From an uncultured cyanobacterium (lineage in GTDB: Bacteria > Cyanobacteriota > Cyanobacteriia > Phormidesmidales > Phormidesmidaceae), in assembly GCA_963793265.1 (NCBI GenBank), contig CAWBZI010000004.1:640001-704000 (forward strand): a stretch of DNA of 64,000 nt, in the 5' to 3' direction. The notes under the pieces are model-generated. The model searched no databases and had not been told where the DNA came from. It was given only the letters and a program-made list of their open reading frames with translations. Numbering within the stretch: the stretch's first letter is position 1; every line of letters starts with the position of its first letter. This document shows positions 10,687-21,287 of this stretch, piece after piece. A program made the translations under genes and the position numbers.

Positions 10687-10717
10687 CGGTTTTAAGGTTG
10701 TAAAGAACCGCTACATT

Positions 10718-11455
10718 CTACAGCTCTTGCTGCGTGGGACGAATGATCATTTCGTTGACGTCAACGTCTTCAGGCTGTTCGATGGCGAAGGTGATGGCGC
10801 GGGCGATCGCATCTGAATTAATCGCTACTGAGTACATTTCGTCTACGTTTTTTGCCGTTTCTTCGTGAGAAATGGTGCTCGTTAGCTCAGTGGCAACGGC
10901 CCCAGGAGAAATATTCGTCGCGCGAATCTCACCGTTTGACTCTAATCGAATACCTTCGGAGATAGCCTTAACTGCAAATTTTGTTGCACAGTAAACCGTA
11001 CCGCCCGGAAACACCTTATGTCCGGCTACCGAAGAAACGTTGATGATATGCCCAGACTTTTGCTCTCTCATCGTCGGCAGCACGGCAGCAATCCCGAACA
11101 ATACGCCTTTTATATTCACATCGACCATTGTTTCCCACTCATCCACCTTTTTCTCATCTAGCGGCGAAAGCGGCATCAGCCCGGCATTATTCACCAATAC
11201 GTCTATGCGACCATACGCCTCAAGCGTCGCTTTAGCCAAAGCTTCTAGCTGATCGCGATCCGTCACATCCGTAATCTGATACTGGGCTGTACCGCCGTCT
11301 TCTTCAATTTTAGAAACAATCGACTTAAGCTGATCCTCTCGTCTGGCTGCGAGCATGAGCTTAGCCCCATTTTTACCCAGGCGGCGCGCGGTGGCTTCAC
11401 CCAAGCCGCTACTAGCACCCGTAATGATCACTACTTTGTCTTTGATCTCAGACAT
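10718..11455 (-). CDS. Short-chain dehydrogenase/reductase (YdfG-like)
   Basis: [17 protein letters not shown]; start placed at MSEIK (11455). Confidence 0.9.
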   Translation of the reverse strand: MSEIKDKVVIITGASSGLGEATARRLGKNGAKLMLAARREDQLKSIVSKIEEDGGTAQYQITDVTDRDQLEALAKATLEAYGRIDVLVNNAGLMPLSPLDEKKVDEWETMVDVNIKGVLFGIAAVLPTMREQKSGHIINVSSVAGHKVFPGGTVYCATKFAVKAISEGIRLESNGEIRATNISPGAVATELTSTISHEETAKNVDEMYSVAINSDAIARAITFAIEQPEDVDVNEMIIRPTQQEL

Positions 11456-11633
11456 AATTTTCTTGCTTTTATGATGGACAGTCATACAGCCTAGTCACTA
11501 AAGAAGAAGCATGACTCTTACCTGCGATAGAGATGTTGCTTTAGATACCGCGCACAGTCTATGGCAAGCTTAAAGTTGTGGGAACTTGCGTTTTTCGCTG
11601 ATAAACTACCTATTTTATTAAGTTGTCGCTTTT

Positions 11634-12557
11634 ATGGCTCAAATAACGGCTCAAGAGGTATTAGCTCATCTACAGGCCAGTCAGTCTATGAAAAACGCCG
11701 AATTAAGCGGCATAGACTTAGCTGGCCTAACGCTAGATAAGGCAGACTTTACAGATGCCTATTTGCGGCGGGCTAAGTTTGTAGCGGCGTCTTGTCAGAG
11801 TGCTGACTTTTCGGGAGCGACGCTGATTATGACTGATTTTCGGCAGGCCGACTTGCAGGCGACGCGACTGGTGAATGCGACGCTGACACACGCTCATTTA
11901 GAGCAGGCTAATTTGGGGCGATCGCAAGCCAGCGGCGCAAAATTCTACGGCGCTTTTGTCACTGAAACTCAGGCGGCAAAGGCCATTTTAGACGAGGCCG
12001 ATTTTCGCGAGGCTAGTGGTTCTGGGTTAAGCCTGGTGGAAGCGAGCTGCGTGGGCACTAACTTTAGCCGGGCTGAGCTAACGGCGGCTTGTTTTGATTC
12101 GGCTAGTTTGGTGCGATCGCAGTGGCAGCAGGCTAACTTATCAGACTCATCATTCGCCAGCGCTAATCTGGAACGTGCCACCTTTGGCGAGGCCACGTTA
12201 ACAGGCACTAACCTCGCAGGGGCAAACGGACTCAATACTGACTTTAGAAAAGCTAACTTGGCTCAAGCCTCTCTCCGCCAGTCTCAGTTTGACTGGGCCG
12301 CGTTTGCAGGTGCGGTGTTGGAGCGTATAGAGGGTCAAAACGGCTCGTTTTTTAACACTGACTTTACCCGCGCTAATTTGCAACAAGCTGACTTTACCGG
12401 GGCCAACTTACAAGAAGCCTGCTTTGAAGATGCTCAGCTAGACGGCGTTTGCTTTGAGCTATGTAACATTCGTGGCGCGCTATTTACCGATGCTACCGGA
12501 CTTTCCTCTAAGCAGCGAAACTGGCTGAAAACCCAAGGCGCGCTCAACGTCGTATAG
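11634..12557 (+). CDS. Pentapeptide-repeat protein
   Basis: A(D/N)(L/F)xx repeats over nearly the whole length. Confidence 0.9.
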   Translation: MAQITAQEVLAHLQASQSMKNAELSGIDLAGLTLDKADFTDAYLRRAKFVAASCQSADFSGATLIMTDFRQADLQATRLVNATLTHAHLEQANLGRSQASGAKFYGAFVTETQAAKAILDEADFREASGSGLSLVEASCVGTNFSRAELTAACFDSASLVRSQWQQANLSDSSFASANLERATFGEATLTGTNLAGANGLNTDFRKANLAQASLRQSQFDWAAFAGAVLERIEGQNGSFFNTDFTRANLQQADFTGANLQEACFEDAQLDGVCFELCNIRGALFTDATGLSSKQRNWLKTQGALNVV

Positions 12558-13257
12558 CTTCTGAACTCAGCTCCCGGTGTACGCTGGTGCCAATTTGAAT
12601 GGCCTCATTCAACAGTCTTCCATAATCGCTCGCTTCGTCACTGACGTGCAAAAGCTGTAGCGTCGCCAAATTTCTTTCGATACTCGAGAACATCTCGGCG
12701 CGTCGGGCCATAAATCTTTGGTGCTTACGCATTACGCGCTCGGTCATCAGCCCGCACACCAGGCTTTCGCGCGTCAGGTGCAAAGCCTCCATCACCTCCT
12801 GCCGGTTCTCTAAGTTAAGGCGGCTGTTTTGAGTAGAGCCTAGCTCTTCGAGAATTTCGACGGCATCGACCATTTCGTTAAAGCGGTCAATTTCGTCGAG
12901 TAGGTGGCTAAGGGTGATCAGGCGCTTTCCTTCCTGCCAGCGATAGGTCGTCCAGGTGGCGGTGAGAGCCACTGCGCTAATGCCACCGATGGGGAGCGAT
13001 CGCCATACCGCGCTCACATTGTCTCCACTAACAGCACGCGTGAGCATTAGCATCAGCGGTACGCAAAATATAAGCGCAACGGCGACGGTGAGGAACTGTT
13101 CGCTGAGCCAGGCCAGCCGCCGTTCGGGGGCAAGGGCGTTTTGGCGGTAGGCCCAGCCCATTGTGACCTCGCTGATATCTAGATTGGTGAGGCCATCTAG
13201 CTCGCGTGAGCTAATTCGTAAGCCGTCTAAATCTGTGAGCTTCGTATCTTTGGCCAT
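12544..13257 (-). CDS. Hypothetical membrane protein (two TM segments plus helical C-terminus)
   Basis: Long ORF with two hydrophobic segments; ATG at 13257 directly follows the upstream stop. Confidence 0.65.
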   Translation of the reverse strand: MAKDTKLTDLDGLRISSRELDGLTNLDISEVTMGWAYRQNALAPERRLAWLSEQFLTVAVALIFCVPLMLMLTRAVSGDNVSAVWRSLPIGGISAVALTATWTTYRWQEGKRLITLSHLLDEIDRFNEMVDAVEILEELGSTQNSRLNLENRQEVMEALHLTRESLVCGLMTERVMRKHQRFMARRAEMFSSIERNLATLQLLHVSDEASDYGRLLNEAIQIGTSVHRELSSEAIRR

Positions 13258-13258
13258 T

Positions 13259-13945
13259 CTAGTTCCAGCCCGCAAGAATGCCGATTGCGCGGGCTACTTG
13301 AGTGTAAAAGTTGCCGTCGATTTCGGGCCTAAACACTTGAAAGGGTTCACCGTCAAAGCCGAGAAAAGGTCTTAGTGTCCAGCCGAGCTGAGAGCCGACG
13401 AGGCCGTAAAGGAGCATCCAGCCCTGGAGCAAATAGCGGCGGGCGCTGGGTTTGGGCGCATCAGGGCTAGATGACATATCGCGCATTCCTTTGTAGAAGA
13501 GTCGGACGCCGATAGTGCCCGTGACGGCCATGACTAAGACATTGAGCAGTAGAAAGAAGAAGTAATCTTTGACTGAGATTAAGAAGAACAGAATGACGGG
13601 GGCGAAGCTGAACAGCAGAACGCTAATCACCGAGACGGCGGTGAGCGCCATGGTGATGTACTGCCTGAAGTCGAGCTTAGAGCCCGCTAAGATGTCGAAA
13701 AAGTAGAGTGTCGGCAGGCAAATTAATAGCGTTAATAGGTAGAGCGCGGGTAGCTTTATCGCTGAAGAGATGATTTGTAGCCCGCCGCCGTAGGCTCCGA
13801 TAATAGCGCCGTAGATGGCAAAGAATATGCTGCTGGCAACTAGGAGAGAGGCAATTTTACTTTCTAGTTTGGTTTTGCTGCGGACTTCGCTGAGGAATTG
13901 TTTGCGCTCGCGCAGCAGCCGAATGAGGATTGAAAAGTGATTCAT
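13259..13945 (-). CDS. Multi-pass membrane protein (cyanobacterial family often auto-labelled 'actin-binding WH2 domain-containing')
   Basis: About five hydrophobic segments; SAIKLP.LY and GSQLGWTLRPF motifs recalled from this family. Confidence 0.65.
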   Translation of the reverse strand: MNHFSILIRLLRERKQFLSEVRSKTKLESKIASLLVASSIFFAIYGAIIGAYGGGLQIISSAIKLPALYLLTLLICLPTLYFFDILAGSKLDFRQYITMALTAVSVISVLLFSFAPVILFFLISVKDYFFFLLLNVLVMAVTGTIGVRLFYKGMRDMSSSPDAPKPSARRYLLQGWMLLYGLVGSQLGWTLRPFLGFDGEPFQVFRPEIDGNFYTQVARAIGILAGWN

Positions 13946-14172
13946 GATCTTCAGTATTGTTGTTTAACTGCGTTATTTAATTGCATTGTTGAATCGTACA
14001 GATGTCCCTCGTTTAGGATGCTACAAAAATGGGCGATCGCATTCCGCATCAGGTCAGGAAAAGTATGAAAAAAGGTCTGTGAAAAAGTCGGGTTTAGCCC
14101 AGTACTGCTGCTGCGCGGTAAGCTAAAGAGAACGGGAACCTACCAGCTAATGCAAGCTGTGTTATCAAGCTC

Positions 14173-15546
14173 ATGTCAACTGCGAACTCTCCGCTTAAGC
14201 TCAATACCGACTTAGATTCTAATACGGCAGCAGCGCCTGACGAGCCCAGCTTTGACGCCACAAATCCGCCTGAGCAATCGCTGATAGACGCTTGCGTTCA
14301 CTGCGGCTTTTGCCTGCCGACCTGCCCTAGCTACCGGGTGATTGGTAAAGAAAACGACTCGCCTCGGGGCCGCATTTATTTGATGGATGCGATTAATAAA
14401 GGAGAAGCGCCGCTTTCTGCTGCCTCAGTGAAACATTTTGATAGCTGCTTGGGCTGTTTGGCCTGTACGACGGCCTGTCCTTCGGGGGTGCAGTACGACA
14501 AGTTGATTAGGGAGGTGCGATCGCAGGTGCAGCGGAACTATGTGCGATCGCCCTTCCAAAAAGCCCTTCGTCAGCTCATCTTTTCCCTATTCCCTTATCC
14601 TGATCGCATCCGACTTTTGCTTGCACCGCTAGCGTTCTATCAAAAAACCGGCCTCTCCAAACTTGTTCAATCCAGCGGGCTGCTCAATCGAATCTCTCCA
14701 AACTTAGCCGCGATGGAGCGCTTATTGCCGCCTGTGACCGCAAGCTGCTTTTCAGACAATCTGCCTGAGCTGATTCCTGCCCAAGGAGAGAAGCGCTACC
14801 GTGTTGGCATGATTTTAGGCTGCGTGCAGAGAGTCTTTTTTACGGGCGTAAATAAGGCAACTGCCAGGGTATTGAGTGCGAACGGCTGCGAAATTGTGGT
14901 GCCTAGATCTCAAGGTTGTTGTTCAGCGCTTCCTGAGCACCAGGGCGAAGTGGCTCAAGGGCAGGCGCTAGCTCGGCAGATGATCGATAGCTTTGAAGGC
15001 ACAGACGTTGACTTTGTAATCATCAACGCGGCGGGCTGCGGTCATACCCTGAAGGAGTACGGCCATATTTTGGCAGATGATCCGGCGTATGCGCAGAAGG
15101 CCAAAGACTTTGCGGCGAAAGTACGCGATGTGCAAGAGTTCTTAGCTGAAGTGGGGCTCACGAGTGAGCTACATCCTTTGCAAGATGAGCCTTTAGTCAC
15201 CGTCTATCAAGATGCGTGTCATTTACTTCACGGTCAAAAAATTAGCCGTCAGCCGCGCCAGCTTCTTCAACAGATTCCGGGCATTACGCTACGCGAACCT
15301 CTAGATGCAGCGCTCTGCTGTGGAAGTGCGGGCGTCTACAACATGCTTCAGCCTGAAGTGGCCGCTGAGCTGGGGCAAATGAAGGCAACAGCCCTGGTGA
15401 ATACGGGCGCTACGCTGATTGCTTCTTCTAATCCAGGATGTTCTTTGCAAATAAAACAGTCTTTAGAAAAGCAGGGTAAGACAGTTTTGTTGAAACATCC
15501 TATGCAGCTATTAGATGCTTCTATTCGAGGCGATCGCTTAGAATAG
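14173..15546 (+). CDS. glcF: Glycolate oxidase iron-sulfur subunit
   Basis: Two 4Fe-4S motifs (CVHCGFCLPTCP, CLGCLACTTACP), DSPRGRI and two CCG-type domains. Confidence 0.9.
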   Translation: MSTANSPLKLNTDLDSNTAAAPDEPSFDATNPPEQSLIDACVHCGFCLPTCPSYRVIGKENDSPRGRIYLMDAINKGEAPLSAASVKHFDSCLGCLACTTACPSGVQYDKLIREVRSQVQRNYVRSPFQKALRQLIFSLFPYPDRIRLLLAPLAFYQKTGLSKLVQSSGLLNRISPNLAAMERLLPPVTASCFSDNLPELIPAQGEKRYRVGMILGCVQRVFFTGVNKATARVLSANGCEIVVPRSQGCCSALPEHQGEVAQGQALARQMIDSFEGTDVDFVIINAAGCGHTLKEYGHILADDPAYAQKAKDFAAKVRDVQEFLAEVGLTSELHPLQDEPLVTVYQDACHLLHGQKISRQPRQLLQQIPGITLREPLDAALCCGSAGVYNMLQPEVAAELGQMKATALVNTGATLIASSNPGCSLQIKQSLEKQGKTVLLKHPMQLLDASIRGDRLE

Positions 15547-15572
15547 TTTTGTGCTGGAAGAACTAGCAGCGG

Positions 15573-16018
15573 CTATTGGCTGTCTGCTCTCAGATCTTCG
15601 ATCTCAGCGATTGCTAGGCCGGTCGTTTGGCTGATGGTTTCGATAGGAAGCTGGTTTAGAAGCGATCGCGCTATTTCTGGCTGTTCTGTTCTCTTCCCTT
15701 CTGCTCGTCCTTCTGCTCGTCTTTCCATTCTAGAAGTATCGACGACGTTATTAAGATCTCGATAGTACTTGAGGCTATCCTGATAGCTGTCTTGCTCAAC
15801 CCGAGTGAAGTTAGCAATCTCAGCGATTTCAAAGAGTTGAAGGAAAATAGGATCTTGGAAAGGGCGGGGCTGAGGCATCTATCTCAGGTAGATAGATGCC
15901 TCAGCAAAAAAAGCCATTTGTCCTGCTTCGTTTCTAGCTGGTCAAGCGACTTATTGAACTTGGGCAGTTCAATGTAAATGAACTTTAGTTTGTCATAAAA
16001 CACATCGCAGTGCTGATC
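15573..16018 (-). pseudogene. Rpn/YhgA-like (PD-(D/E)XK 'putative transposase') gene remnant, 5'-truncated and frameshifted
   Basis: One frame from 16018 reads DQHCDVFYDKLKFIYIELPKFNKSLDQLETKQDKWLFLLRHLST-stop(15886-15884); a different frame continues PFQDPIFLQLFEIAEIANF..SLKYYRDLNNVVDT..IARSLL..ISQTTGL. Confidence 0.82.
15869..15905. repeat. Perfect 16-bp inverted repeat with 5-nt loop
   Basis: GCTGAGGCATCTATCT-caggt-AGATAGATGCCTCAGC. Confidence 0.95.
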
Positions 16019-16129
16019 TAAAAAAACTTGAACAATATTACGGTGTCTGAGCTGGCAGCAGGTTTATTTTGCCTGCCTAAGCTGAAGTTACCAGTTACAC
16101 TTTATTAAAGATATATAAAGGAGAGTTGA

Positions 16130-16498
16130 GTGGCCAATCTGACGCTAGTTATTAGCAATTTGCGAAACCAAAAGGGCGAAGTTTGTGTGGCTTTGTTTGA
16201 AAGCAAAGACGGATTCCCGGAAGACGATACGCAGGCTATTTGCAATAACTGTTTTGCAATTTCAGAGCTACCGATGACTATTAGCTTTGAGGTTCCTTAC
16301 GGTAGCTACGCGGCGAGCGTGCTGCACGATGAAAACAAAGACGGTGAGCTGAATACAGGGATGCTAGGTATTCCTAAAGAGGGTATTGGGTTCTCTAATG
16401 ATCCACGGATTATCAAAGGAACGCCTAGCTTTAAAAAGACCCGTTTTGAGTTTAGTGAGGAAACTTCAGAGGTGGAGATAGCGGTTAAGTACTTTTAG
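16130..16498 (+). CDS. DUF2141 family protein
   Basis: YAASVLHDENKDGEL..GIPKEGIGFSN signature. Confidence 0.85.
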   Translation: MANLTLVISNLRNQKGEVCVALFESKDGFPEDDTQAICNNCFAISELPMTISFEVPYGSYAASVLHDENKDGELNTGMLGIPKEGIGFSNDPRIIKGTPSFKKTRFEFSEETSEVEIAVKYF

Positions 16499-16512
16499 GT
16501 GATTGCGTACCG

Positions 16513-17145
16513 CTACTGGGTGCCAAACATGCGATCGCCCGCATCCCCCAATCCTGGCAAGATGTAGCCATGCTCATCTAGTTTGTCATCAATTGCAGCC
16601 GTGAAAATCGGCACGTCAGGGTGCTCGGCATGAAAGCTAGCAATGCCTTCGGGCGCAGCTAACAGGCAGACGAACTTGATTGACTGCGGCTGCGTTTCTT
16701 TGAGCCGATGGACGGCGGCGATCGCTGAATTTCCGGTAGCGATCATCGGGTCAACAATGAGCATTTCTCGCTCGTGAACGTCGCTTGGCACTTTGAAGTA
16801 GTATTCAACGGGCACAAGCGTTCTAGGGTCGCGGTAGAGGCCAATATGCCCGACCCGAGCCGATGGCATCAGCTTTAACATGCCGTCTAAAATGCCTTGA
16901 CCCGCGCGCATAATCGAAATGAGCACCAGCTTTTTGCCCAAGAGCACAGGCGCGTTCATCGTAGCAAAAGGGGTTTCGATAGAGACTTTCTCAAGCGGCA
17001 GATCGCGTGTGACTTCGTAGGCGAGTAACATGCTGATCTCTTCTAAAAGCTGCCTAAACTTAGCGGTGCTGGTGCCCTTTTGCCGCATTAGGGTGAGCTT
17101 GTGCTGAATGAGCGGATGTTCGATGAGGGTGACTGAGTTGTTCAT
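16513..17145 (-). CDS. upp: Uracil phosphoribosyltransferase
   Basis: [16 protein letters not shown] motif [28 protein letters not shown]. Confidence 0.95.
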   Translation of the reverse strand: MNNSVTLIEHPLIQHKLTLMRQKGTSTAKFRQLLEEISMLLAYEVTRDLPLEKVSIETPFATMNAPVLLGKKLVLISIMRAGQGILDGMLKLMPSARVGHIGLYRDPRTLVPVEYYFKVPSDVHEREMLIVDPMIATGNSAIAAVHRLKETQPQSIKFVCLLAAPEGIASFHAEHPDVPIFTAAIDDKLDEHGYILPGLGDAGDRMFGTQ

Positions 17146-17165
17146 GGAAAGGCTCGTGTTTTGAA

Positions 17166-18392
17166 TCAAAAGACCGTACCGTCACTCTGAATCGAGATTG
17201 GTGGAGCCCCAGTAGATCTAAGCTGTTTGGCAATGCGACGGCCTGCGGCCCAGGTGCCGCCTTCGAGCACTTTGATGAGAGGGAGGTCTTCGGCGGACTT
17301 GTCGAGAATTTCGCGGACGCGATCGCCCACCAAGTCCAACATTACAATCGTCAGCGCTCGCCATTCAACAACAACTGGAGAACCGGGCAAATGCGACCCT
17401 CTAGTAACGGCTGGATGCTTGGGAATAAGTAGACCTAAATCTACGCAAAGCCCGCCGTTGCGATACTCGGCTAGCCCGGTGAGCGCATTCAAGTTTATGA
17501 CGGTGATGCCCGCTGCGGCCAAGGGCTCAACCAGGGAATAGGTGAGCCATTGAGAGAGTTTATGAAAGGGGACTAGGTTGCCGCCTACAGTAGTTTCGTC
17601 GAGGCTAGGGTGAGGCCATACGTCGCCCAAGTTGGTTTGAGCGATGCTGATTCGACCAGGCCAGATTGTGCCAAAGCTCTCTAGAACTTCGCTGAGGAGT
17701 TTACCAGCGTCTAAGGTAGATTCTGGTGTAACAATCTCTTCTGCTGTCCAGTAGTCCAACAAATCGCTGGGTCTTGCTCGGATTTTATTAAAGCGATCGC
17801 CCTGCGCTTCCATCGCGGTTCCTAGCTGCTGCAAAAGCTGTAATCGACCGCTGAGCCCTACGAGCGGATTTTCATTACTAACCTGAAAGACGGCGGCAAG
17901 GTCGGTTGGCGTAAGCGCCTGTAGCTTCTTTGCATCCACCTGGTACGGTGACGCTGGATTAGACGAAAATACGCCCTGTTCAAAAGCGCGCAGACTAGCG
18001 ACAGCCAATCCTTCTGAGCGATTGAGCGTCTGCTGCCCATCTCGATAGTGCCACTGGCTTCCGGCCCCTGCGTCTAGTAACACGCTAACAATAGCCAGAT
18101 CAATTTGTGATCGCGCCCTTCCCTTCTTCAACTTCTCATTCAACTGTTCTAATCGCGGCACACCACCTACATTAAAGTGACGCCAGCGGCTATGAAAGGG
18201 CACGTCAAAGTTGGGATAAAACTGCTGCGTGGTTTCAACAACGTAGGCAGCTACTTTGTCTAATTTGGAGAGATCGCACCTGAAATGTTCGAGCTGATCG
18301 GCCTGGCATAGCTCAAAAAGCTGCCCGGCGCGATCGCGAATAGCTTGCGGGCTTCTAAGATAGGCGATCGCGGATTGTTCTTCTGTTGACAT
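17166..18392 (-). CDS. URC4/urg3 family protein (DUF1688)
   Basis: [47 protein letters not shown]-terminal SDGTVF. Confidence 0.88.
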   Translation of the reverse strand: MSTEEQSAIAYLRSPQAIRDRAGQLFELCQADQLEHFRCDLSKLDKVAAYVVETTQQFYPNFDVPFHSRWRHFNVGGVPRLEQLNEKLKKGRARSQIDLAIVSVLLDAGAGSQWHYRDGQQTLNRSEGLAVASLRAFEQGVFSSNPASPYQVDAKKLQALTPTDLAAVFQVSNENPLVGLSGRLQLLQQLGTAMEAQGDRFNKIRARPSDLLDYWTAEEIVTPESTLDAGKLLSEVLESFGTIWPGRISIAQTNLGDVWPHPSLDETTVGGNLVPFHKLSQWLTYSLVEPLAAAGITVINLNALTGLAEYRNGGLCVDLGLLIPKHPAVTRGSHLPGSPVVVEWRALTIVMLDLVGDRVREILDKSAEDLPLIKVLEGGTWAAGRRIAKQLRSTGAPPISIQSDGTVF

Positions 18393-18398
18393 ATGCGC

Positions 18399-19682
18399 CT
18401 AGACCTCCCCATACTGCCGACCGATCGTTTGGCTCAAGTCCGACTCATCAGGAACCTCACCTTCGGTAAAATAGCCTGCTGCCTTCTTCGCATTCATCTC
18501 AACTAGGGCGTCTGCCGGAATCAGTTCTTCAGGAATCGAAATTCTCTCTACAATCTCAATTCCTGATTGAACAACCGCGTCGTATTTTAGATTACTCATT
18601 GAGACAAACTGATCGATGCGGGTCATCCCAAGCCAGTGCATCACATCGGGCATCAGTTCCTGAAAGCGCATATCCTGTACGCCTGCTACGCATTCAGTGC
18701 GAGTAAAATAGGTGTCAGCGCGATCACCCCCCTCCTGCCGCTTGCGCGCGTTATACACCAAAAACTTGGTCACCTCACCCAGCGCCCGGCCCTCTTTTCG
18801 CGCGTAAATGATCACACCCGCGCCGCCCATCTGCGCTGTTTTTACGGCCACTTCAATGCCATGAACCAGATAGGGACGGCAGGTGCAAATATCTGAGCCG
18901 AACACGTCTGAGCCATTGCATTCATCGTGAATGCGGACGGCTAGCGGGCGGTTGGGGTCAGCGATCGCCTCAATATCGCCCAAAATATAAACCGTCAGCC
19001 CCCCAATCGGCGGTAAAAACACCTGCAAATCAGGCCGCGTCACCAGCTCAGGAAACATCCCCCCGGTCTGTTCAAACAGCGTTCGCCGCAGGTCACTTTC
19101 TTTGACCCCGAACCGCTCAGCAATCCCCGGCAAATACCAAACCGGCTCAATCGCCGCCTTGGTGACGACCAGCTCTCCTTTCTCATTCATAATCTTACCG
19201 TCTACGGCCAGCCGCCCGGCGCTGACGGCTTCTTGTAGCTCTGGAATATTGATGTGGGCTTTAGTAATCGCAATGGAGGGGCGGATGTCGTACCCTTTCT
19301 CTCTTAGATCGGCAAACAGATTGTTATCGAGGGTGCCAAACGGATCGAGTGAGACAATTTTGTTGGGCATTCCCCAGCTCGGGTAGGGGCCAATAGCAAC
19401 GGTGGGGGCGGTATTGGTTAAGTCGGCGCGGTGGTCTTGCTCTAGGTCGCCGCTCGCGATCGCCAGTGCCCGATACACCGCATATCCCCCCGAATGCGTC
19501 CCAATTGCGTTGCGATGAACCCGGTTGCCCAGTGTCGCGATAATCGGCCCGCGTTCAGCCGGATCAGGATGGCCCCACTGCACGGCTAGCGGCTGCTCTC
19601 CAAAGTTACCAGGATGCGAGGTTAAGACAATATGCTTGTGGCGAGGCGATTGCGCTGATGTCATCGTAGAACCTATTGTCAA
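18399..19682 (-). CDS. GTP cyclohydrolase II-like protein with N-terminal extension (URC1/urg1 type)
   Basis: RNAIGTHSGGY N-domain; RIHDECNGSDVFGSDICTCR zinc motif; EGRALGEVTK. Confidence 0.88.
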   Translation of the reverse strand: MTIGSTMTSAQSPRHKHIVLTSHPGNFGEQPLAVQWGHPDPAERGPIIATLGNRVHRNAIGTHSGGYAVYRALAIASGDLEQDHRADLTNTAPTVAIGPYPSWGMPNKIVSLDPFGTLDNNLFADLREKGYDIRPSIAITKAHINIPELQEAVSAGRLAVDGKIMNEKGELVVTKAAIEPVWYLPGIAERFGVKESDLRRTLFEQTGGMFPELVTRPDLQVFLPPIGGLTVYILGDIEAIADPNRPLAVRIHDECNGSDVFGSDICTCRPYLVHGIEVAVKTAQMGGAGVIIYARKEGRALGEVTKFLVYNARKRQEGGDRADTYFTRTECVAGVQDMRFQELMPDVMHWLGMTRIDQFVSMSNLKYDAVVQSGIEIVERISIPEELIPADALVEMNAKKAAGYFTEGEVPDESDLSQTIGRQYGEV

Positions 19683-19778
19683 CGAATCCTCAAATTAACG
19701 CATCCCAGGGGGCTCAAACTGTATCTGACGATAGCTTTTGAGCGATGATTTCTAACTGGTTGAAGCTACCAGGGCTGT

Positions 19779-19807
19779 TCAAGTAATACTAATATGGTAC
19801 TACTTGA
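19779..19807. promoter_or_regulatory. Probable operator of the TA operon (11-bp inverted repeat, one mismatch, around a TAATAT -10-like box)
   Basis: TCAAGTAATAC-taatatg-GTACTACTTGA, ending about 20 nt before the antitoxin ATG. Confidence 0.6.
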
Positions 19808-19826
19808 CAGTTGGATGAGAGGAGTC

Positions 19827-20048
19827 ATGCGAGTAACGACTAAGGGGCAGGTGACGATTCCTATAAAGGTTAGAGAGGTATTAGGCATAACGCCTGAAAC
19901 CGAAGTTGACTTTGTTGAGGAGAATGGTAAGTTTTATTTAGTGAAGGCGGGTGAATCCTTATTGACTGGTCGATTCAACAAGTTCAAAGGTATTGCTACT
20001 ACCGAGATGTCTACGGATGAAATAATGGGCTTGACCCGAGAGCGCTGA
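19827..20048 (+). CDS. AbrB/MazE-type antitoxin
   Basis: MRVTTKGQVTIP..VRE.LG; AGGAG RBS before ATG 19827; TGATG overlap with the toxin gene. Confidence 0.88.
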   Translation: MRVTTKGQVTIPIKVREVLGITPETEVDFVEENGKFYLVKAGESLLTGRFNKFKGIATTEMSTDEIMGLTRER

Positions 20049-20479
20049 TGGAGGGTGTTTTTGTAGATACCTGCGTGTTGCTAGATCTATTCACCGCCGA
20101 TCCACGGTGGGCTGACTGGTCAGAAGCAGTGCTAGAACGATATAGCCAGTCTAATTCGCTGTACATCAATTCGATTGTGTACGCTGAGGTATCAGTAGGA
20201 TTCGATCAGATAGAAACTTTAGATAGTGCGCTATCTGAGCTAGATATTGCTGTTTTAGAGATTCCTCGGAAGGCGTTATTTTTGGCTGCAAAGGTCTTTC
20301 TTCAGTATCGAAAGAATAAGGGGCTTAAGCGATCGCCCCTACCTGATTTTTTCATCGGTGCTCATGCTTCAGTCTCAGAACTTGCTCTGATTACTCGGGA
20401 CAGAAAGAATTATCAGACCTACTTCTCGCAAGTAAAGCTAATCCTCCCTGAAGGAAAAGAAATCACAGGAGCAGAATAA
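20048..20479 (+). CDS. vapC: PIN-domain toxin
   Basis: VFVDTCVLLD, YAE, LPDFFIGAHA, LITRD. Confidence 0.88.
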   Translation: MEGVFVDTCVLLDLFTADPRWADWSEAVLERYSQSNSLYINSIVYAEVSVGFDQIETLDSALSELDIAVLEIPRKALFLAAKVFLQYRKNKGLKRSPLPDFFIGAHASVSELALITRDRKNYQTYFSQVKLILPEGKEITGAE

Positions 20480-20761
20480 TCATCGATTAGGCGAATCTGC
20501 AGGCAAGTCAAAGCACTCAATCGGTCTGCTGGCAAGGCGGCTAACGGCCTGATAGGCCCAGTCTGTGGGATATACATCAGAGAAGGCGGAGGCAAACTGA
20601 CCGGGCGGGCAAGTTACAGGCGTTTGGGCGTCTTCGGGTTCAGATTGAGCGGGCTGGGCGGGTAGAATTTCGATTTGAACAGGTGGCGTTTGTTCAGGTG
20701 GGGCTTGGGCTATGGCGGGCGTGATCGCAAACAACAAAGCAGACGTGATTAAAGATTCCAT
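20480..20761 (-). CDS. Small secreted protein with a single SLH-like motif
   Basis: Signal peptide, Pro/Gln-rich linker, FSDVYPTDWAYQAVSRL. Confidence 0.65.
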   Translation of the reverse strand: MESLITSALLFAITPAIAQAPPEQTPPVQIEILPAQPAQSEPEDAQTPVTCPPGQFASAFSDVYPTDWAYQAVSRLASRPIECFDLPADSPNR

Positions 20762-20933
20762 GATTACTGGGTAGCTTAGGCTTTTGCTTTAGATCGTACC
20801 GACTTATTCATAGAACGTGTGCAGCGATCTGTACGACAATGCGCACATTAAAAAGCCCAAGGCGATCGCCCCAGGCTTCTGTAATATCTACTGACAAAAG
20901 AATAGTAAGCGCAGCTAGCCCACCGCTAGTCTA

Positions 20934-21287
20934 CTAACGCTTGCCAATGTCCTCTATAGCATCGCGAGCATCCTCAACAATAACGTTCTCCTCAACAATT
21001 TCATCGAGGTTAAGCTTGTCGTCTATCACTTCTTTAAACGAATCTGCTTTGTCTTCAGTATCTGCGGCCCTAGAAGCCTTGCTCTGTATCTCGCGACGCT
21101 GGGCTCTAAGCTCATCAAGCGTTTCATTGTCGGAAGCTTGTGTAGCCGCCATTTCAGATTCGGTGGTAAGTGATGCCGCTACTGCCGGAGGGTGTTGCAT
21201 CAGTCCAGTGAATAAAATGACGCCGAGGGCAACCGTTAAGAAACGTTTGGCGGCGAACTGAACTGCGGAAACGATGCGAGCAATCAT
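20934..21287 (-). CDS. Hypothetical exported acidic protein
   Basis: N-terminal signal/TM segment followed by acidic helical region. Confidence 0.6.
   Translation of the reverse strand: MIARIVSAVQFAAKRFLTVALGVILFTGLMQHPPAVAASLTTESEMAATQASDNETLDELRAQRREIQSKASRAADTEDKADSFKEVIDDKLNLDEIVEENVIVEDARDAIEDIGKR

Noticed and set aside
13259..13945. Actin-binding WH2 function
   Set aside because: The sequence is a polytopic membrane protein with no WH2 motif visible; the label is a propagated annotation
18399..19682. Annotating as riboflavin ribA
   Set aside because: The long URC1-type N-domain and linkage to DUF1688 and upp point to uracil catabolism
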